IMG/VR virus record: IMGVR_UViG_3300030419_008158
Coordinates: 124,001-188,000 of that record
Strand: one strand, 5' to 3'
Length of the DNA: 64,000 bases
The notes under the pieces were generated by a model that searched no databases, was not told the DNA's origin, and worked only from the letters and a program-made list of their open reading frames with translations. A program made the translations under genes and the position numbers. Numbering within the stretch: position 1 is the first letter of the stretch; every line of letters starts with the position of its first letter. Below are positions 27,698-38,364 of the stretch, one piece after another.

Positions 27698-30600
27698 TTA
27701 GTCGGTGATTTCTTCCATAAGAAGTCTGAAAAGTTTTCCGTTGTTGTTATTTCTAAGAGTGAGATAATTCTCTTCCTCTATGACTGTCCAGTTTCCTCTA
27801 TCATTCTGTAAGTGGAGGTCACCGGTGTATATGTTTGCCCATCTGTTAGTTGCACTGCCTAGATTTAGAGAGTTGTCTACACCCGGTAAAAGGTTACCGG
27901 AAGTAATCAAGCGCCCACCGAAAACGGAAACTCCTGAAGAACCGGTTTTAGATCCTGAAACGAACATGCTAGTATCTGATCCAGGGCCACCGTATTGGCC
28001 TCCCAGCATAACTGTACTGGATCCAAGTACTGTTAGATCGGCTCTAAGGTTAAGCATAGATCCACCCGTGGGTGAAGTATAACCACCTCTAACAGTACCT
28101 GACATAACAACATCACTGTCGAAAATAGCTCGAGCTTTTTCTCCTTCCTCTTGATATCCAAATTGCATCCCTCCGTAGAGAGGAGTTCGAACTCCTGAAA
28201 CGAAAAGTATTGCATCACTTACTGGATTAGTATTGGCAATTGAATCCGGAGATGCCATAACCAAGGGCGAACCGGCCATGTGAAGTTCGGATCCACCGGT
28301 GTATCCTTGGCTCCATCCTCCCAACAAAGAACCTGATATTACTACGTCTCCACCAAAGAGAGCTGCTCCGTGAGATTCTCCGTTATGCTTTGAATCGACA
28401 GATCCCGAAACGTAAAAATAGACGTCTTCCGGATTTGTAACATTTCCCACCGCAACATTTCGATCGGAATCAACACCAATAACAGTGGTTCCGTCCTCTT
28501 GAATCTGAACGCCTGTTTGACCATCCAGTTTTAGAGGTCCTCCAGAAGTTGTCACTGTAGAAGAAGCTGTACCAGCAATATTAAAGGCACCAGATGTAGC
28601 ATCAATGTCCAGAGTTTCTCCTGCAAGTGTCAGTGCGCCTGAAGATGTAGAAAGATTAGTGGCACCTGCACCATCAATAGAAATAGTGCTTTCAGAATCT
28701 ATGGCAATTGAACCGTGTGCATCTATGTCGATGGCATCATCAGAATTGATATCTAAATCTCCGGTACCTGCTGTGATTGTGATACCACCGGCAGCATGCG
28801 AAGATGTTAGAAGAAGAACACCAGCACCGGTCTTTCCTGCGTTAATGATAACGCCGCCAGCAGTTGAAGTTAGCTTGAGAGAGTCATTACCCGTTCCGTC
28901 ATTATTAATGACCTCAAGATCTCCATCAGATTCAGACCAGATGTAGTTTCCAGCGTCTCTAAAGAACAACTTAGCATCACCTGTACTGGCTCCGACTGTA
29001 GAATCTCCTGTAGAGTCATTAAAGGTGAGGTCAGCCGCGGCTCCGAAGGATCCACCGTTATTATATTGATATTGTGTATCTGATCCCGCAACTGATCCGC
29101 CCCCGCCAGAAGCAGAAATTGTAACAGCACCCGAAGAACCGGTTGTGATTGTTATGTTAGACCCAGCGATAAATGCTGAAGTACCGTCAGTCAACTTTGT
29201 ATGTGACCCAGACATTTTAGTTGCAAAAACCTGTCCCGTGTATAAGACACCCGAAACAAATGTATCACCTCTAAACGTCGCGACACCGGAGCCTGTATAT
29301 TTTCCACCAATAGACCCGGAAACAGCAAAATATTCATCGCTAGCTAGAGTAACCCCACCAATAGCAACCTCTCTATCATTAGTGACTGCTATGACTGTGG
29401 TTCCGTCTTCCTGGATGTTTACTCCAACTTGTCCATCTAAGTTTAGTGCACCGCCAGAAGTTGTCACTGTGGAGGCAGATGTGCCTGCGATGTTGAATGC
29501 CCCGGAAGTGGCATCAATATCCAGAGATTCTCCTGCCAGAGTTAGAGCCCCAGAAGATGTCTGAAGATCTGTCGCGCCGCCACCTTGAATAGAAACTGTC
29601 GAAGCACCATCAATTGTTAATGCACCTGAAGCGTCGATATCGAGAGTAGAAGCATCAACATCAATAGCAACATCAGATGTTGTACCGATATTGATACCGC
29701 CGGCTCCATGAACAGTAAGAGCACCGGCTGAAGTTGACAAGTTTGAAGCCGCACCGGCATCTATAGAGATACCCGCTTCTGAATCGATTGTCATAGCACC
29801 TACTGAATCGATATCTAATGTGTTACCGAACTGTAAGTTACCAGCTGCTGAACCTGATATAGTGAGAGCACCAGATGTTGTAGTAAGGTTTGTGGCACCT
29901 GCCGCGTCAATAGAAACAGTTGAAGAACCATCGATGGTAATAGCACCAGAAGCATCGATATCGAGAGCTGCTGAATTAAGATCAACAGTCTCACCGGTTC
30001 CGTCTAGAGTAAGTGTACCGCCCAATGATTTTATAGTAACAGTACTGTCAGCTGCTTCACCAATAGTAATGGTACGCGTACCGTCAGTACCGATGTTGAT
30101 AGCTTGGTCTACGTCATCATTACCAATATTAATGGCGGCCGCGGATGAGTTGAGTGAAATAGCACCCGAACCGTCAATGTCCACTGTTGTTGCATTAGCA
30201 ACTGCGACCGCTCTTGCATCTGAAATGGTAATAACTGAAGTTCCATTCTCTTGAATATTTACGCCTGTTTGACCGTCTAGACTTAGTGCACCACCAGAAG
30301 TTGTTACTGTGGAGGCAGATGTACCAGCAATATTAAAGGCACCACCCGTTGCGTCGACATCTAGGGATTCTCCAGCAAGAGTTAGTGCACCAGCACTAGT
30401 CGTAAAATTAGATGCTGCACCTGCATCGATTGATATCGCACCTACAGCATCAACAGTCACAGCATCGTCAGAATTAATGTCTACATCACCCGTACCTGCG
30501 GCTACCTTGACACCACCATCAGCATGTGAAGCAGACAAAAGAAGCACACCAGCGCCTGATTTTCCTGCTTTAATGATCACCCCACCCGCTGTTGAGGTGA

Positions 30601-30955
30601 CTTTAACTGAATCTGCTGCTGTTCCGTCGTTGTTTATGACTTCAAGATCTCCATCAGACTCAGACCAGATGTAGTTTCCAGCATCTCTAAAAAATAGTTT
30701 AGCGTCTCCGGTCGAAGCGCCTACTGTCGTGTCGCCTGTGGAGTCATTAAAAGTAAGATCAGCCGCACCTCCAAATGCGCCCCCGTTATTGTACTGGTAT
30801 TGTGTGTCTGACCCTGCAACGCTTCCTGCGGAAGATGCAATTGTAATAGAATCACCAGAGCCGCTTGTAAGCGTAATTCCAGACCCAGCAATCAAGTATG
30901 ATGATCCATCTGTTAAGTGGGTCAAAGAACCCGACATACTTCCGATTAGTGCCAT
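27698..30955 (-). CDS. Tail-fibre-like protein (1085 aa) with internal duplication
   Basis: Beta-repeat composition; C-terminal NIYTGDLHLQNDRGNWTVIEEENYL domain of the type seen at phage fibre ends. Confidence 0.75.
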   Translation of the reverse strand: MALIGSMSGSLTHLTDGSSYLIAGSGITLTSGSGDSITIASSAGSVAGSDTQYQYNNGGAFGGAADLTFNDSTGDTTVGASTGDAKLFFRDAGNYIWSESDGDLEVINNDGTAADSVKVTSTAGGVIIKAGKSGAGVLLLSASHADGGVKVAAGTGDVDINSDDAVTVDAVGAISIDAGAASNFTTSAGALTLAGESLDVDATGGAFNIAGTSASTVTTSGGALSLDGQTGVNIQENGTSVITISDARAVAVANATTVDIDGSGAISLNSSAAAINIGNDDVDQAINIGTDGTRTITIGEAADSTVTIKSLGGTLTLDGTGETVDLNSAALDIDASGAITIDGSSTVSIDAAGATNLTTTSGALTISGSAAGNLQFGNTLDIDSVGAMTIDSEAGISIDAGAASNLSTSAGALTVHGAGGINIGTTSDVAIDVDASTLDIDASGALTIDGASTVSIQGGGATDLQTSSGALTLAGESLDIDATSGAFNIAGTSASTVTTSGGALNLDGQVGVNIQEDGTTVIAVTNDREVAIGGVTLASDEYFAVSGSIGGKYTGSGVATFRGDTFVSGVLYTGQVFATKMSGSHTKLTDGTSAFIAGSNITITTGSSGAVTISASGGGGSVAGSDTQYQYNNGGSFGAAADLTFNDSTGDSTVGASTGDAKLFFRDAGNYIWSESDGDLEVINNDGTGNDSLKLTSTAGGVIINAGKTGAGVLLLTSSHAAGGITITAGTGDLDINSDDAIDIDAHGSIAIDSESTISIDGAGATNLSTSSGALTLAGETLDIDATSGAFNIAGTASSTVTTSGGPLKLDGQTGVQIQEDGTTVIGVDSDRNVAVGNVTNPEDVYFYVSGSVDSKHNGESHGAALFGGDVVISGSLLGGWSQGYTGGSELHMAGSPLVMASPDSIANTNPVSDAILFVSGVRTPLYGGMQFGYQEEGEKARAIFDSDVVMSGTVRGGYTSPTGGSMLNLRADLTVLGSSTVMLGGQYGGPGSDTSMFVSGSKTGSSGVSVFGGRLITSGNLLPGVDNSLNLGSATNRWANIYTGDLHLQNDRGNWTVIEEENYLTLRNNNNGKLFRLLMEEITD
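28460..30823 (-). repeat. Internal duplication of about 200 aa (copies near 30823-30215 and 29095-28460), plus a third partial copy near 29570-29370
   Basis: SVAGSDTQYQYNNGG...GASTGDAKLFFRDAGNYIWSESDGDLEVINNDGT occurs twice almost identically; ALTLAGE.LD.DAT.GAFNIAGT...LDGQ.GV.IQE.GT occurs three times. End points are approximate. Confidence 0.85.
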
Positions 30956-30970
30956 TTTATCTCTCCAATG

Positions 30971-33900
30971 TTATTCATTTTCGTCTAGCGGTATGAGTGC
31001 CATTTTGAATTTTTTCCCTGTAAGGTTGTTGACTACGCAAAGATAATCAGCTTCCTCAACTATTGTCCAGTCTCCCCTATCATTCCTCAAGTGGAGGTCT
31101 CCAGTGTAAATATTACCGAATCGTCGACTTGGTGCACCTAAATTCGATCCTAAATCTGCACCCGGTAATATTGTTCCGCTAGCAACGACATCGCCACCAA
31201 ATAATGATGTACCTCTTGTGGACGTTGATGCAGAAGAAGTCGATCCTGACACATAGAATGCTACATCAGATCCTACTGCTTCGTTAGTAGAGGAAGCCGC
31301 TCCTCCAGAAAGGATGAGAACTTGGTCTGTTGAACCATCAACCAAAAGAGCGTTTGCTTTAAGTCTAGACTCAACTCTAAAATCTGTTGCTGCACCAATT
31401 TCATTCACTACCACACCTGAGCTGGAAATATCAAGTGCGCTTCCATAGCGATTATTGATCAACATTCGTGAATTAGGACTTCCGCCTCCAAACCAGCTAA
31501 CTCTATCAGTTGTATGGTCTACTGATAATGCCAAAGGATCGCTATTAGTTGCCAAGTAAAATCCACCGGAGACGTATAAATCACCCCCAAAGACTGATGT
31601 CCCTCTATTAGCAGATCCAGCATTATCTGCTGTACCTGAAACGTAGAAGTTGACGTCAGCTCCAGCTGCTTCATTATAAGATGTTGCCCCTCCACCCGAC
31701 AGTATCAGAACCTGGTCTGATGATCCGTCAACTAAGAGAGCGTTTTCTTTAAGGTTAGACTCAACTCTAAAGTCGACACTAGCTCCTTGCTCGTTGAAAA
31801 CAGCAGCACCGTTAGATGCAAAGAATATGTCAGCATCTCCCGGAGTTGCCGAAGTTGTTCCAATAGTAAGCGAACCAGAAGTTGCAATAACTTGATTTGC
31901 AGGTCCGCTCCACCCTACCGCATCTGCGACCCCTCCTCCAGATGAAGCTATCGTCACAGCTCCGGAGGATCCGGTTGTTATGGTTACATTCGAACCAGCA
32001 ATAAGATAGGATGTGCCGTCACTTAGGTGGGTGAGAGATCCCGAAAGAGCTGGAGCAGTAACAGCTCCGGAAAATGTAGATCCAGTAAGAGTTGCGATTA
32101 CCGTATTGTCAACTGCCAGCTCTGTTGAATCTATTTTCAGCCCGCCGCCAGACTTCAGATCAGTGCTAAATGTAGTCCCACTTAGATCTAGACCATCACC
32201 AGCAGTGTACTCCGTGTTAGTGTCTGCTGAGGTGATCGTCACAGCTCCAGATGATCCGGTTGTTATTGTAACATTAGATCCGGCAATCAGGTATGAAGTT
32301 CCGTCTGAAAGCTTAGTTAGTGATCCTGAAACGGCGGCACTGGTGACTGTAGAAGCGTGAACAGTGCTGGCATAAACAGATCCTGAAGAGTATAGATCGC
32401 CTCCAAAAACTGCTGTTCCTTTTGTTGATGTACCTCGAGAACCGATTGCGCCTGAAACAAAGAAGGCAATATCTGCGGCGTTCTTCGGTTGCATTGCTCC
32501 CTCATGAAGCCCTGAACCTGACAGGAATATAATTTGTCTATTTAGAGAACCCCAGTGAGAACCTATTCGGAACATCTCCTCAGGGGCTGATCCGTTGTGA
32601 GTCTTGAAAACTAAGTCGTTGCTGCTGCTTATGTGCATTATGGCGCCGGTGCTACCCTCAGAGCCTATAAATGCTACTGTCGAATCATTTGAGTTACTTT
32701 CTCTCTGTAGTGAAAGCGTTGGAGCTGACTCCTTCAAGTGAAGCAAAGAAGAAGGTGAATTTGTACCAATACCTACCCTGTCTGAACTTCCTTGAACATA
32801 TAGAGTATTGTCATCTCCATCGGTTCTAACTTGGAAGTCAACATCTCCACCATCTCCGATTTTTACGATATCCTGACCGGCCTCAGATACTGTAATAAGT
32901 TGTTCACCACCTGCAGTAATCCCAATAGAATCTTCAGCAAATTGTATGAATGTATTGGAGTCAGTATCGCCACTGTGGTAGATGTACTCGCTTACATGTA
33001 TATCTTGTCCATGCAGTGTACCTGAAATAACGACATCACCACCAAATACCGCGGCCCCTCTAGTAGAAGTACCTCGTGATCCAACTGTACCTGAAACGTA
33101 GAAGTTGACGTCATCGCCGGTTGCCTCATTGTAAGATGTTGCTCCTCCACCCGAAAGTATTAGGACCTGATCGGTAGAGGCATCAACCTTTATGGCATTA
33201 GCTCCGGACCCACCGCTAGAATTGACAACAAAATCTACATTTGCAAAATCACCATTGACGATTAGTTGACCACTGTTATCACTTCCCTCCGAAACGGTAA
33301 TGACAGCATTTCCGCTGTCTTCCTGAATTTCTAAAGAACCTCCCCCAGCACCTCCAGTTTGAAGAGCTTTTAGAATTACACTTTTGTCACCCGATTTTGA
33401 AATACTAAGAACGTCGTCAAGATGTATAGTTCCCGATGATAATAGATCGCCTCCAAAAACAGCAGTCCCCGCTGTGGAAGAATCTTTAGAACCTATTGTT
33501 CCGGAAACAAAGAAGAACGCGTCAGACCCAACCGAATCTGCAGTATAAGTCATCCCTTTTCCGCCGGCAACTGAAAGTGATGCTGTCGTAACAAACTCTG
33601 CGGGAGAAGGAACGTTAAAGCTACCTGATGTTACAGTGCCACCAGTTGAAGCAATTGTAAGAGCTCCACCGGCACCAGCATCACTTAGAGAAATACCAGA
33701 CCCAGCTGTAAGAACTCTTTCATTATTTAGCGAACCTGTGGCTGAAAGAACAATGTATGTTGCACTTGGGTCACCTGATCCACCCCCAGATCCAGCAGCT
33801 GCATTAATAGTCACAGCACCCGACGATCCAGTAGAAATCGTAATGTTATCGCCGGCGATTAGATATGGTGTGCCGTCTGTCAACTGTGTAAGAGATCCAC

Positions 33901-36900
33901 TTATACCATCATCTGCTCTAATCTGTCCCTTGAAGTGTGTTCCGCCGGTGGCACCGGTCATGAACAGTGTACCGGGGGTGTTTAGTGATATTGATCTATT
34001 TGCTACACCACCGCTACCTGTTAGCCACATTGCGCCGGCTGCACCATCATCTAAGTCTAAAAAGTCTATTTGCCCAATGCTGGAACCCAGCTTCAGAGAA
34101 GAGCTGGCAAATACTTTTACAGGACCGTGTGGATTTCGAACGATAGCATCGTCACCAGAAGGAGGCTTCAGCTCCATTGTGCCGGTTACTTCCAAACCGC
34201 CGTCAATTTTGAGAGGTGATCCGCCGTGGAGAGTTCCTGATATTACAACATCTCCACCGAATACAGCGACACCTCCTCCGGATCCGTCCTTAGACCCTAT
34301 GGTTCCCGATACAAAGAATGATGTGTCTGTAAAATGTTTGGGATCTACACTAGTGGGCGCGCCGCCAGAAAGTATATAAACCTGGCCCCCGTGTGATGCA
34401 GATGTCATCAAAAAGTTTCGATTGGCCCCGCCAAAACCACTTCCGTAGGTTGGCATAGCCATCTCTGTCACCAAAAATGAAGCAGGACTTTTAGCTAGAG
34501 ATCCGGTCCCTAGACCTATCATTATTGATCCTGCGCCTCTATTTTGAATGTTTACAGAATTAGCACCACCCACAGCCGGCAAAGTATCTTTCGAGCGTAA
34601 ATTGATATGGAAGTAAGCATTACTGTCATCATTATCATTTATAAATTTAATGCCGCGATAATCGGAGGTTGACTGTGCTGAATTGTCTATGAAAAGCGTC
34701 CCGCTGGATAATAAGTCACCTCCAACTACAGTCGTTCCTCTAGCATTTGATGTACCCTTCCAGTCTATTGCGCCTGATATAAAAGTCGAAATATCGGCGC
34801 CCATAGAGGACGGTATGCTACCGCCTTGAATTATGTTGACATCTGCTCTGTGTGCCAGGTGTGTACCCTCTATGACTGAACTGACTCCGCCGTAAAGTGT
34901 TCCAGAAATAACAACATCGCCCCCAAAAGCACTCACGGCTGCTGAGTCTATTACATCTTTTTTCCCTTTTGAACCACTGACAAAGAAATAAAGATCTGAT
35001 CCTTCATGATTTGCAGTGTGTGTAAATCCTTCACCACCCGCTAGTGAAAGGGATGCCGTTGTTACAAACTCTCCCTGCCCAGGAACGTTAAAGGATCCGG
35101 TTGTAACTGTGCCGCCTCCTCCTCCGCTTCCAACTTCAACTTCACCGCTTTCGTTCTTGAAATATAGCTTTGTTACACCGGAGTCGTCTTTACCGTAAAG
35201 CACAACAGCACCATCAGGTATTGTACCTGGTGCGGAAATCTCTTCAAGATACATGGCGCCAGAGACAACAACATCACCACCAAATAATGAAACATTGTGA
35301 TCATCTCCTCCTTTGCCTCCCACGGCGCCTGAGACAAAGAAGTTGACATCCATGTATTCTGATTCGTTAGGAGAATTTATGCCACCTCCTGATAGAATTA
35401 ATACCTGATCCCACCTGTTGTATTGTGAGCTCGGGCCTCCCAAATATATGATGTCACTGTGATCACCCTCTGACTCTGACAAAACAAGTCCGGCCTTGCC
35501 TCCAGCCTCTATGCTGATTTTATCATCAGAAAAATGAATTTTTGTGTTTGAGTCCCCAATTCTACTGACAGTGTTTTGGACTTCTATGCCGTTACCGTTT
35601 GTTATTCTAACTTTCTCACTGCCGTCCACATTGAATAGAATGTAGCCAGTTCCGCTGTTGTCACCAAAATGCATATTGGTGTCATCTGCCAAAGAACTAG
35701 TAATAGCTGTTACATGAAGGGCAGTTTCTGCATAAAGCGCGCCGGAGACAACAGTATCGCCTCCAAAAACTGCTGTTTTGCCAGTTGCCTCTCCCTTTTG
35801 ACCAACTGACCCGCTAACAAAGAAAAACGCATCTGCTCCGGATGCGTCTGCTGTATGACTGAAACCAAGACCACCAGCAACTGATAGAGATGCAGTGGTC
35901 ACAAACTCTCCCGGTGATGGAACGTTAAAGCTACCTGTCGTGCTACTTCCACCGCCACCGCCACTACCTATTGGATTTCCGTTCCCATCATACAGGGTTC
36001 CGCTAACAACAACATCTCCACCAAAGACCGCAGTCCCTCTATCTGTAGCAGAATTTTTTGACCCCCTAGATCCAGAAATATAAAAGTTGGTATCATCGCC
36101 TGTTGAAGCGGATCTTCCATTTCTGTTCTGGAACCTTAGTTGATCAGCAGTAAAATCAAGTACTGTTTTACTGCCTGATTCTTGTGTTCCCCAAATAGAG
36201 CCAGAAATAACAACGTCACCACCAAAGACCGCGACTCCCGTGCTATCTTTGCCCCCAGAAGTTCCTGATACGTGAAAGAATGTGTCACCACCAGGTGAAA
36301 GCTCGCCAGAAGAGTCTGATGTTTGAAACTGAATATAGTTGTGTTGTCCGCTGACCTTTATAATTCCTGCGGAGTCTTTTGAGTTTACAACAAAATCTTG
36401 CAGTGATCCGTCAGCAGAATCTGTGGGAGGTGTTCCGACAACCATTGCACCGCTGACCATTACATCGCCACCGAAAATCGATGTACCCCTAGTTGATGTA
36501 TTTCTAGATCCCATAGACCCGGATACCCATACATGAGCATCTAGGCCCAATCCGGTTGCACCGGCAGTTTCACCAATAGCAGCTGCAGCAACTCCGGAAT
36601 TTGATCCCAAAGCATAGAGCGTGCCACTTATGACTGTGTCGCCGCCGAATAGCGATGTAACATGTGAATCTGTATGTTTAGCGCCGGCGCTTCCAGAAAC
36701 AAAAAATGCTACATCTTCTCCACTTGACTGATCAGCAGAATGCCCACTACCACCGGAAAGAATTAGAACCTGCTCGTTCCCTGATTGTGCGATTCCCTTG
36801 ATCAACTGTTTACCCAGAGCATCTGCATAAACAATAAAATCAACATCATTTGCGTTGTTGTTTATGTTGATAGACTTTTGACCAGAATCTCCATCTAATT

Positions 36901-38041
36901 GTATAACTACAGTCCCATCAGCTTGTATTTTTACATCATTATCTTGAAAATCAATTCTTGTGTTAGAATCAGATAAGTGAGAAACATACTGTGAAACTAT
37001 TAGTTCACCTCGAACTGTGAGGTCATCGCCAACGTCTAGATCATCTGTAATGGTGAGATCATCAGTATAAAGTGCGCCGGAAACTACGACGTCACCCCCG
37101 AAGACCGCAGTCCCTTTTGTGGAGGATCCCTTGGAGCCTTGCGATCCAGAAACATAGAATGCAACATCAGATTGAGCGGCTTCGTTAAAAGATGTAGCTC
37201 CGCCACCAGACAGGACTAAGACTTGATCAAATTTATATGGATTGCCTGAACCTAGCCCGTAGCTCCCTAGCCATACTTTTTGATTCGGACCATCGGCAGA
37301 AAGAGCTGTAAGTGACTCTGCGTCTAAGAAAAATTGACCATCTGCAGGAAATGCTATTTGTGTAGTCAGATCTCCGATGTGTCTGACGCTTCTAGCAATA
37401 TCGATTGAAGCCGCCCCTGCCCCGTAAACCTCCAAGACACCGCTTGTTACAACATCACCACCAAAAACTGATGTTCCTCTAGTTGATGTTCCTTTAGAGC
37501 CTACAGCCCCAGAAACATAGAATGCAACATCATTTTGGGAACCTTCATCAAAAGATGTAGCTCCGCCGCCCGATAGAATTAAAACCTGGTCTTTGCTAGC
37601 ATCAACAAAAAGTGCATGTGTTTTATTTTCTGACTCGACCCTAAGATCATTTTCTGGATCTCCCTCGCCCGATTCATTGACAATTAGTCCTTCATGAATC
37701 GTGGCACTCTGAGAAACAATAAGTGATCCGGATACAGAAAGAGATCCTGTGGCGCTAAGATCAACCTCGACGACCTGTCTTTCCGCATACATTGTACCAG
37801 AAATGACTACGTCTCCACCAAAAAGCGTGACATCTGTTCGTGTGTTTTTACTTCCTGTCACAAACATAAAAACGTCTGTGCCGACATTTGCGAGAAGTGC
37901 AGAGTTGCTTAGAGCTTCTCCCTCATAGCCAGAAGAATCAGATGCACTAACAACCAGAATGCTGGGCTTTCCAGATTCAGATCCGGATCCGATTATTTGT
38001 GTAAGCCTGACCTGACTAGCTCTAAAATCTTTAGTTGCCAT
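30971..38041 (-). CDS. Giant tail-fibre-like protein (2356 aa)
   Basis: About 17 copies of D..F.VSG..G.K.....G..(V/L)FGGD..(V/S)SG; YTAGDGLDLSG fibre motif; C-terminal NIYTGDLHLRNDRGDWTIVEE domain. Confidence 0.8.
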   Translation of the reverse strand: MATKDFRASQVRLTQIIGSGSESGKPSILVVSASDSSGYEGEALSNSALLANVGTDVFMFVTGSKNTRTDVTLFGGDVVISGTMYAERQVVEVDLSATGSLSVSGSLIVSQSATIHEGLIVNESGEGDPENDLRVESENKTHALFVDASKDQVLILSGGGATSFDEGSQNDVAFYVSGAVGSKGTSTRGTSVFGGDVVTSGVLEVYGAGAASIDIARSVRHIGDLTTQIAFPADGQFFLDAESLTALSADGPNQKVWLGSYGLGSGNPYKFDQVLVLSGGGATSFNEAAQSDVAFYVSGSQGSKGSSTKGTAVFGGDVVVSGALYTDDLTITDDLDVGDDLTVRGELIVSQYVSHLSDSNTRIDFQDNDVKIQADGTVVIQLDGDSGQKSININNNANDVDFIVYADALGKQLIKGIAQSGNEQVLILSGGSGHSADQSSGEDVAFFVSGSAGAKHTDSHVTSLFGGDTVISGTLYALGSNSGVAAAAIGETAGATGLGLDAHVWVSGSMGSRNTSTRGTSIFGGDVMVSGAMVVGTPPTDSADGSLQDFVVNSKDSAGIIKVSGQHNYIQFQTSDSSGELSPGGDTFFHVSGTSGGKDSTGVAVFGGDVVISGSIWGTQESGSKTVLDFTADQLRFQNRNGRSASTGDDTNFYISGSRGSKNSATDRGTAVFGGDVVVSGTLYDGNGNPIGSGGGGGSSTTGSFNVPSPGEFVTTASLSVAGGLGFSHTADASGADAFFFVSGSVGQKGEATGKTAVFGGDTVVSGALYAETALHVTAITSSLADDTNMHFGDNSGTGYILFNVDGSEKVRITNGNGIEVQNTVSRIGDSNTKIHFSDDKISIEAGGKAGLVLSESEGDHSDIIYLGGPSSQYNRWDQVLILSGGGINSPNESEYMDVNFFVSGAVGGKGGDDHNVSLFGGDVVVSGAMYLEEISAPGTIPDGAVVLYGKDDSGVTKLYFKNESGEVEVGSGGGGGTVTTGSFNVPGQGEFVTTASLSLAGGEGFTHTANHEGSDLYFFVSGSKGKKDVIDSAAVSAFGGDVVISGTLYGGVSSVIEGTHLAHRADVNIIQGGSIPSSMGADISTFISGAIDWKGTSNARGTTVVGGDLLSSGTLFIDNSAQSTSDYRGIKFINDNDDSNAYFHINLRSKDTLPAVGGANSVNIQNRGAGSIMIGLGTGSLAKSPASFLVTEMAMPTYGSGFGGANRNFLMTSASHGGQVYILSGGAPTSVDPKHFTDTSFFVSGTIGSKDGSGGGVAVFGGDVVISGTLHGGSPLKIDGGLEVTGTMELKPPSGDDAIVRNPHGPVKVFASSSLKLGSSIGQIDFLDLDDGAAGAMWLTGSGGVANRSISLNTPGTLFMTGATGGTHFKGQIRADDGISGSLTQLTDGTPYLIAGDNITISTGSSGAVTINAAAGSGGGSGDPSATYIVLSATGSLNNERVLTAGSGISLSDAGAGGALTIASTGGTVTSGSFNVPSPAEFVTTASLSVAGGKGMTYTADSVGSDAFFFVSGTIGSKDSSTAGTAVFGGDLLSSGTIHLDDVLSISKSGDKSVILKALQTGGAGGGSLEIQEDSGNAVITVSEGSDNSGQLIVNGDFANVDFVVNSSGGSGANAIKVDASTDQVLILSGGGATSYNEATGDDVNFYVSGTVGSRGTSTRGAAVFGGDVVISGTLHGQDIHVSEYIYHSGDTDSNTFIQFAEDSIGITAGGEQLITVSEAGQDIVKIGDGGDVDFQVRTDGDDNTLYVQGSSDRVGIGTNSPSSLLHLKESAPTLSLQRESNSNDSTVAFIGSEGSTGAIMHISSSNDLVFKTHNGSAPEEMFRIGSHWGSLNRQIIFLSGSGLHEGAMQPKNAADIAFFVSGAIGSRGTSTKGTAVFGGDLYSSGSVYASTVHASTVTSAAVSGSLTKLSDGTSYLIAGSNVTITTGSSGAVTITSADTNTEYTAGDGLDLSGTTFSTDLKSGGGLKIDSTELAVDNTVIATLTGSTFSGAVTAPALSGSLTHLSDGTSYLIAGSNVTITTGSSGAVTIASSGGGVADAVGWSGPANQVIATSGSLTIGTTSATPGDADIFFASNGAAVFNEQGASVDFRVESNLKENALLVDGSSDQVLILSGGGATSYNEAAGADVNFYVSGTADNAGSANRGTSVFGGDLYVSGGFYLATNSDPLALSVDHTTDRVSWFGGGSPNSRMLINNRYGSALDISSSGVVVNEIGAATDFRVESRLKANALLVDGSTDQVLILSGGAASSTNEAVGSDVAFYVSGSTSSASTSTRGTSLFGGDVVASGTILPGADLGSNLGAPSRRFGNIYTGDLHLRNDRGDWTIVEEADYLCVVNNLTGKKFKMALIPLDENE

Positions 38042-38048
38042 ACTACCC

Positions 38049-38363
38049 TCAATAATTTGTTTCTACTACAAAAATATTATGTGACTGAACTACAAAATGA
38101 GAACCGCCGTCGTTGGTTTCCCTAGGCACAGCACTGACTGAGCCTGTGTGCGCTAACACTGTTGATGTGTTCATAACGCCGGAAGTAAATACGTTTATGT
38201 TACCGTATAGATTGCTGCCGTCTTCCAGGATATTTGTAAGAAGAGCAAAATTACCATCAGCTTTCATATCACGATCGGCTTTTAACACTCCTGAGACGAT
38301 TTTGTCGTCTCCCTGGCTAGAGGCTTTTTCTCCAGTATATACTGCAAAATTAAACAATCTCAA
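38049..38363 (-). CDS. Hypothetical protein (probable virion-associated)
   Basis: TTG start with AGGTGG SD; sits between structural-type genes. Confidence 0.6.
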   Translation of the reverse strand: MRLFNFAVYTGEKASSQGDDKIVSGVLKADRDMKADGNFALLTNILEDGSNLYGNINVFTSGVMNTSTVLAHTGSVSAVPRETNDGGSHFVVQSHNIFVVETNY

Positions 38364-38364
38364 C

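Noticed and set aside
27698-31200. Paired homologous C-terminal fibre domains as a DGR template/variable repeat
   Set aside because: Both are coding, differences are not confined to adenines, and there is no reverse transcriptase in the window.
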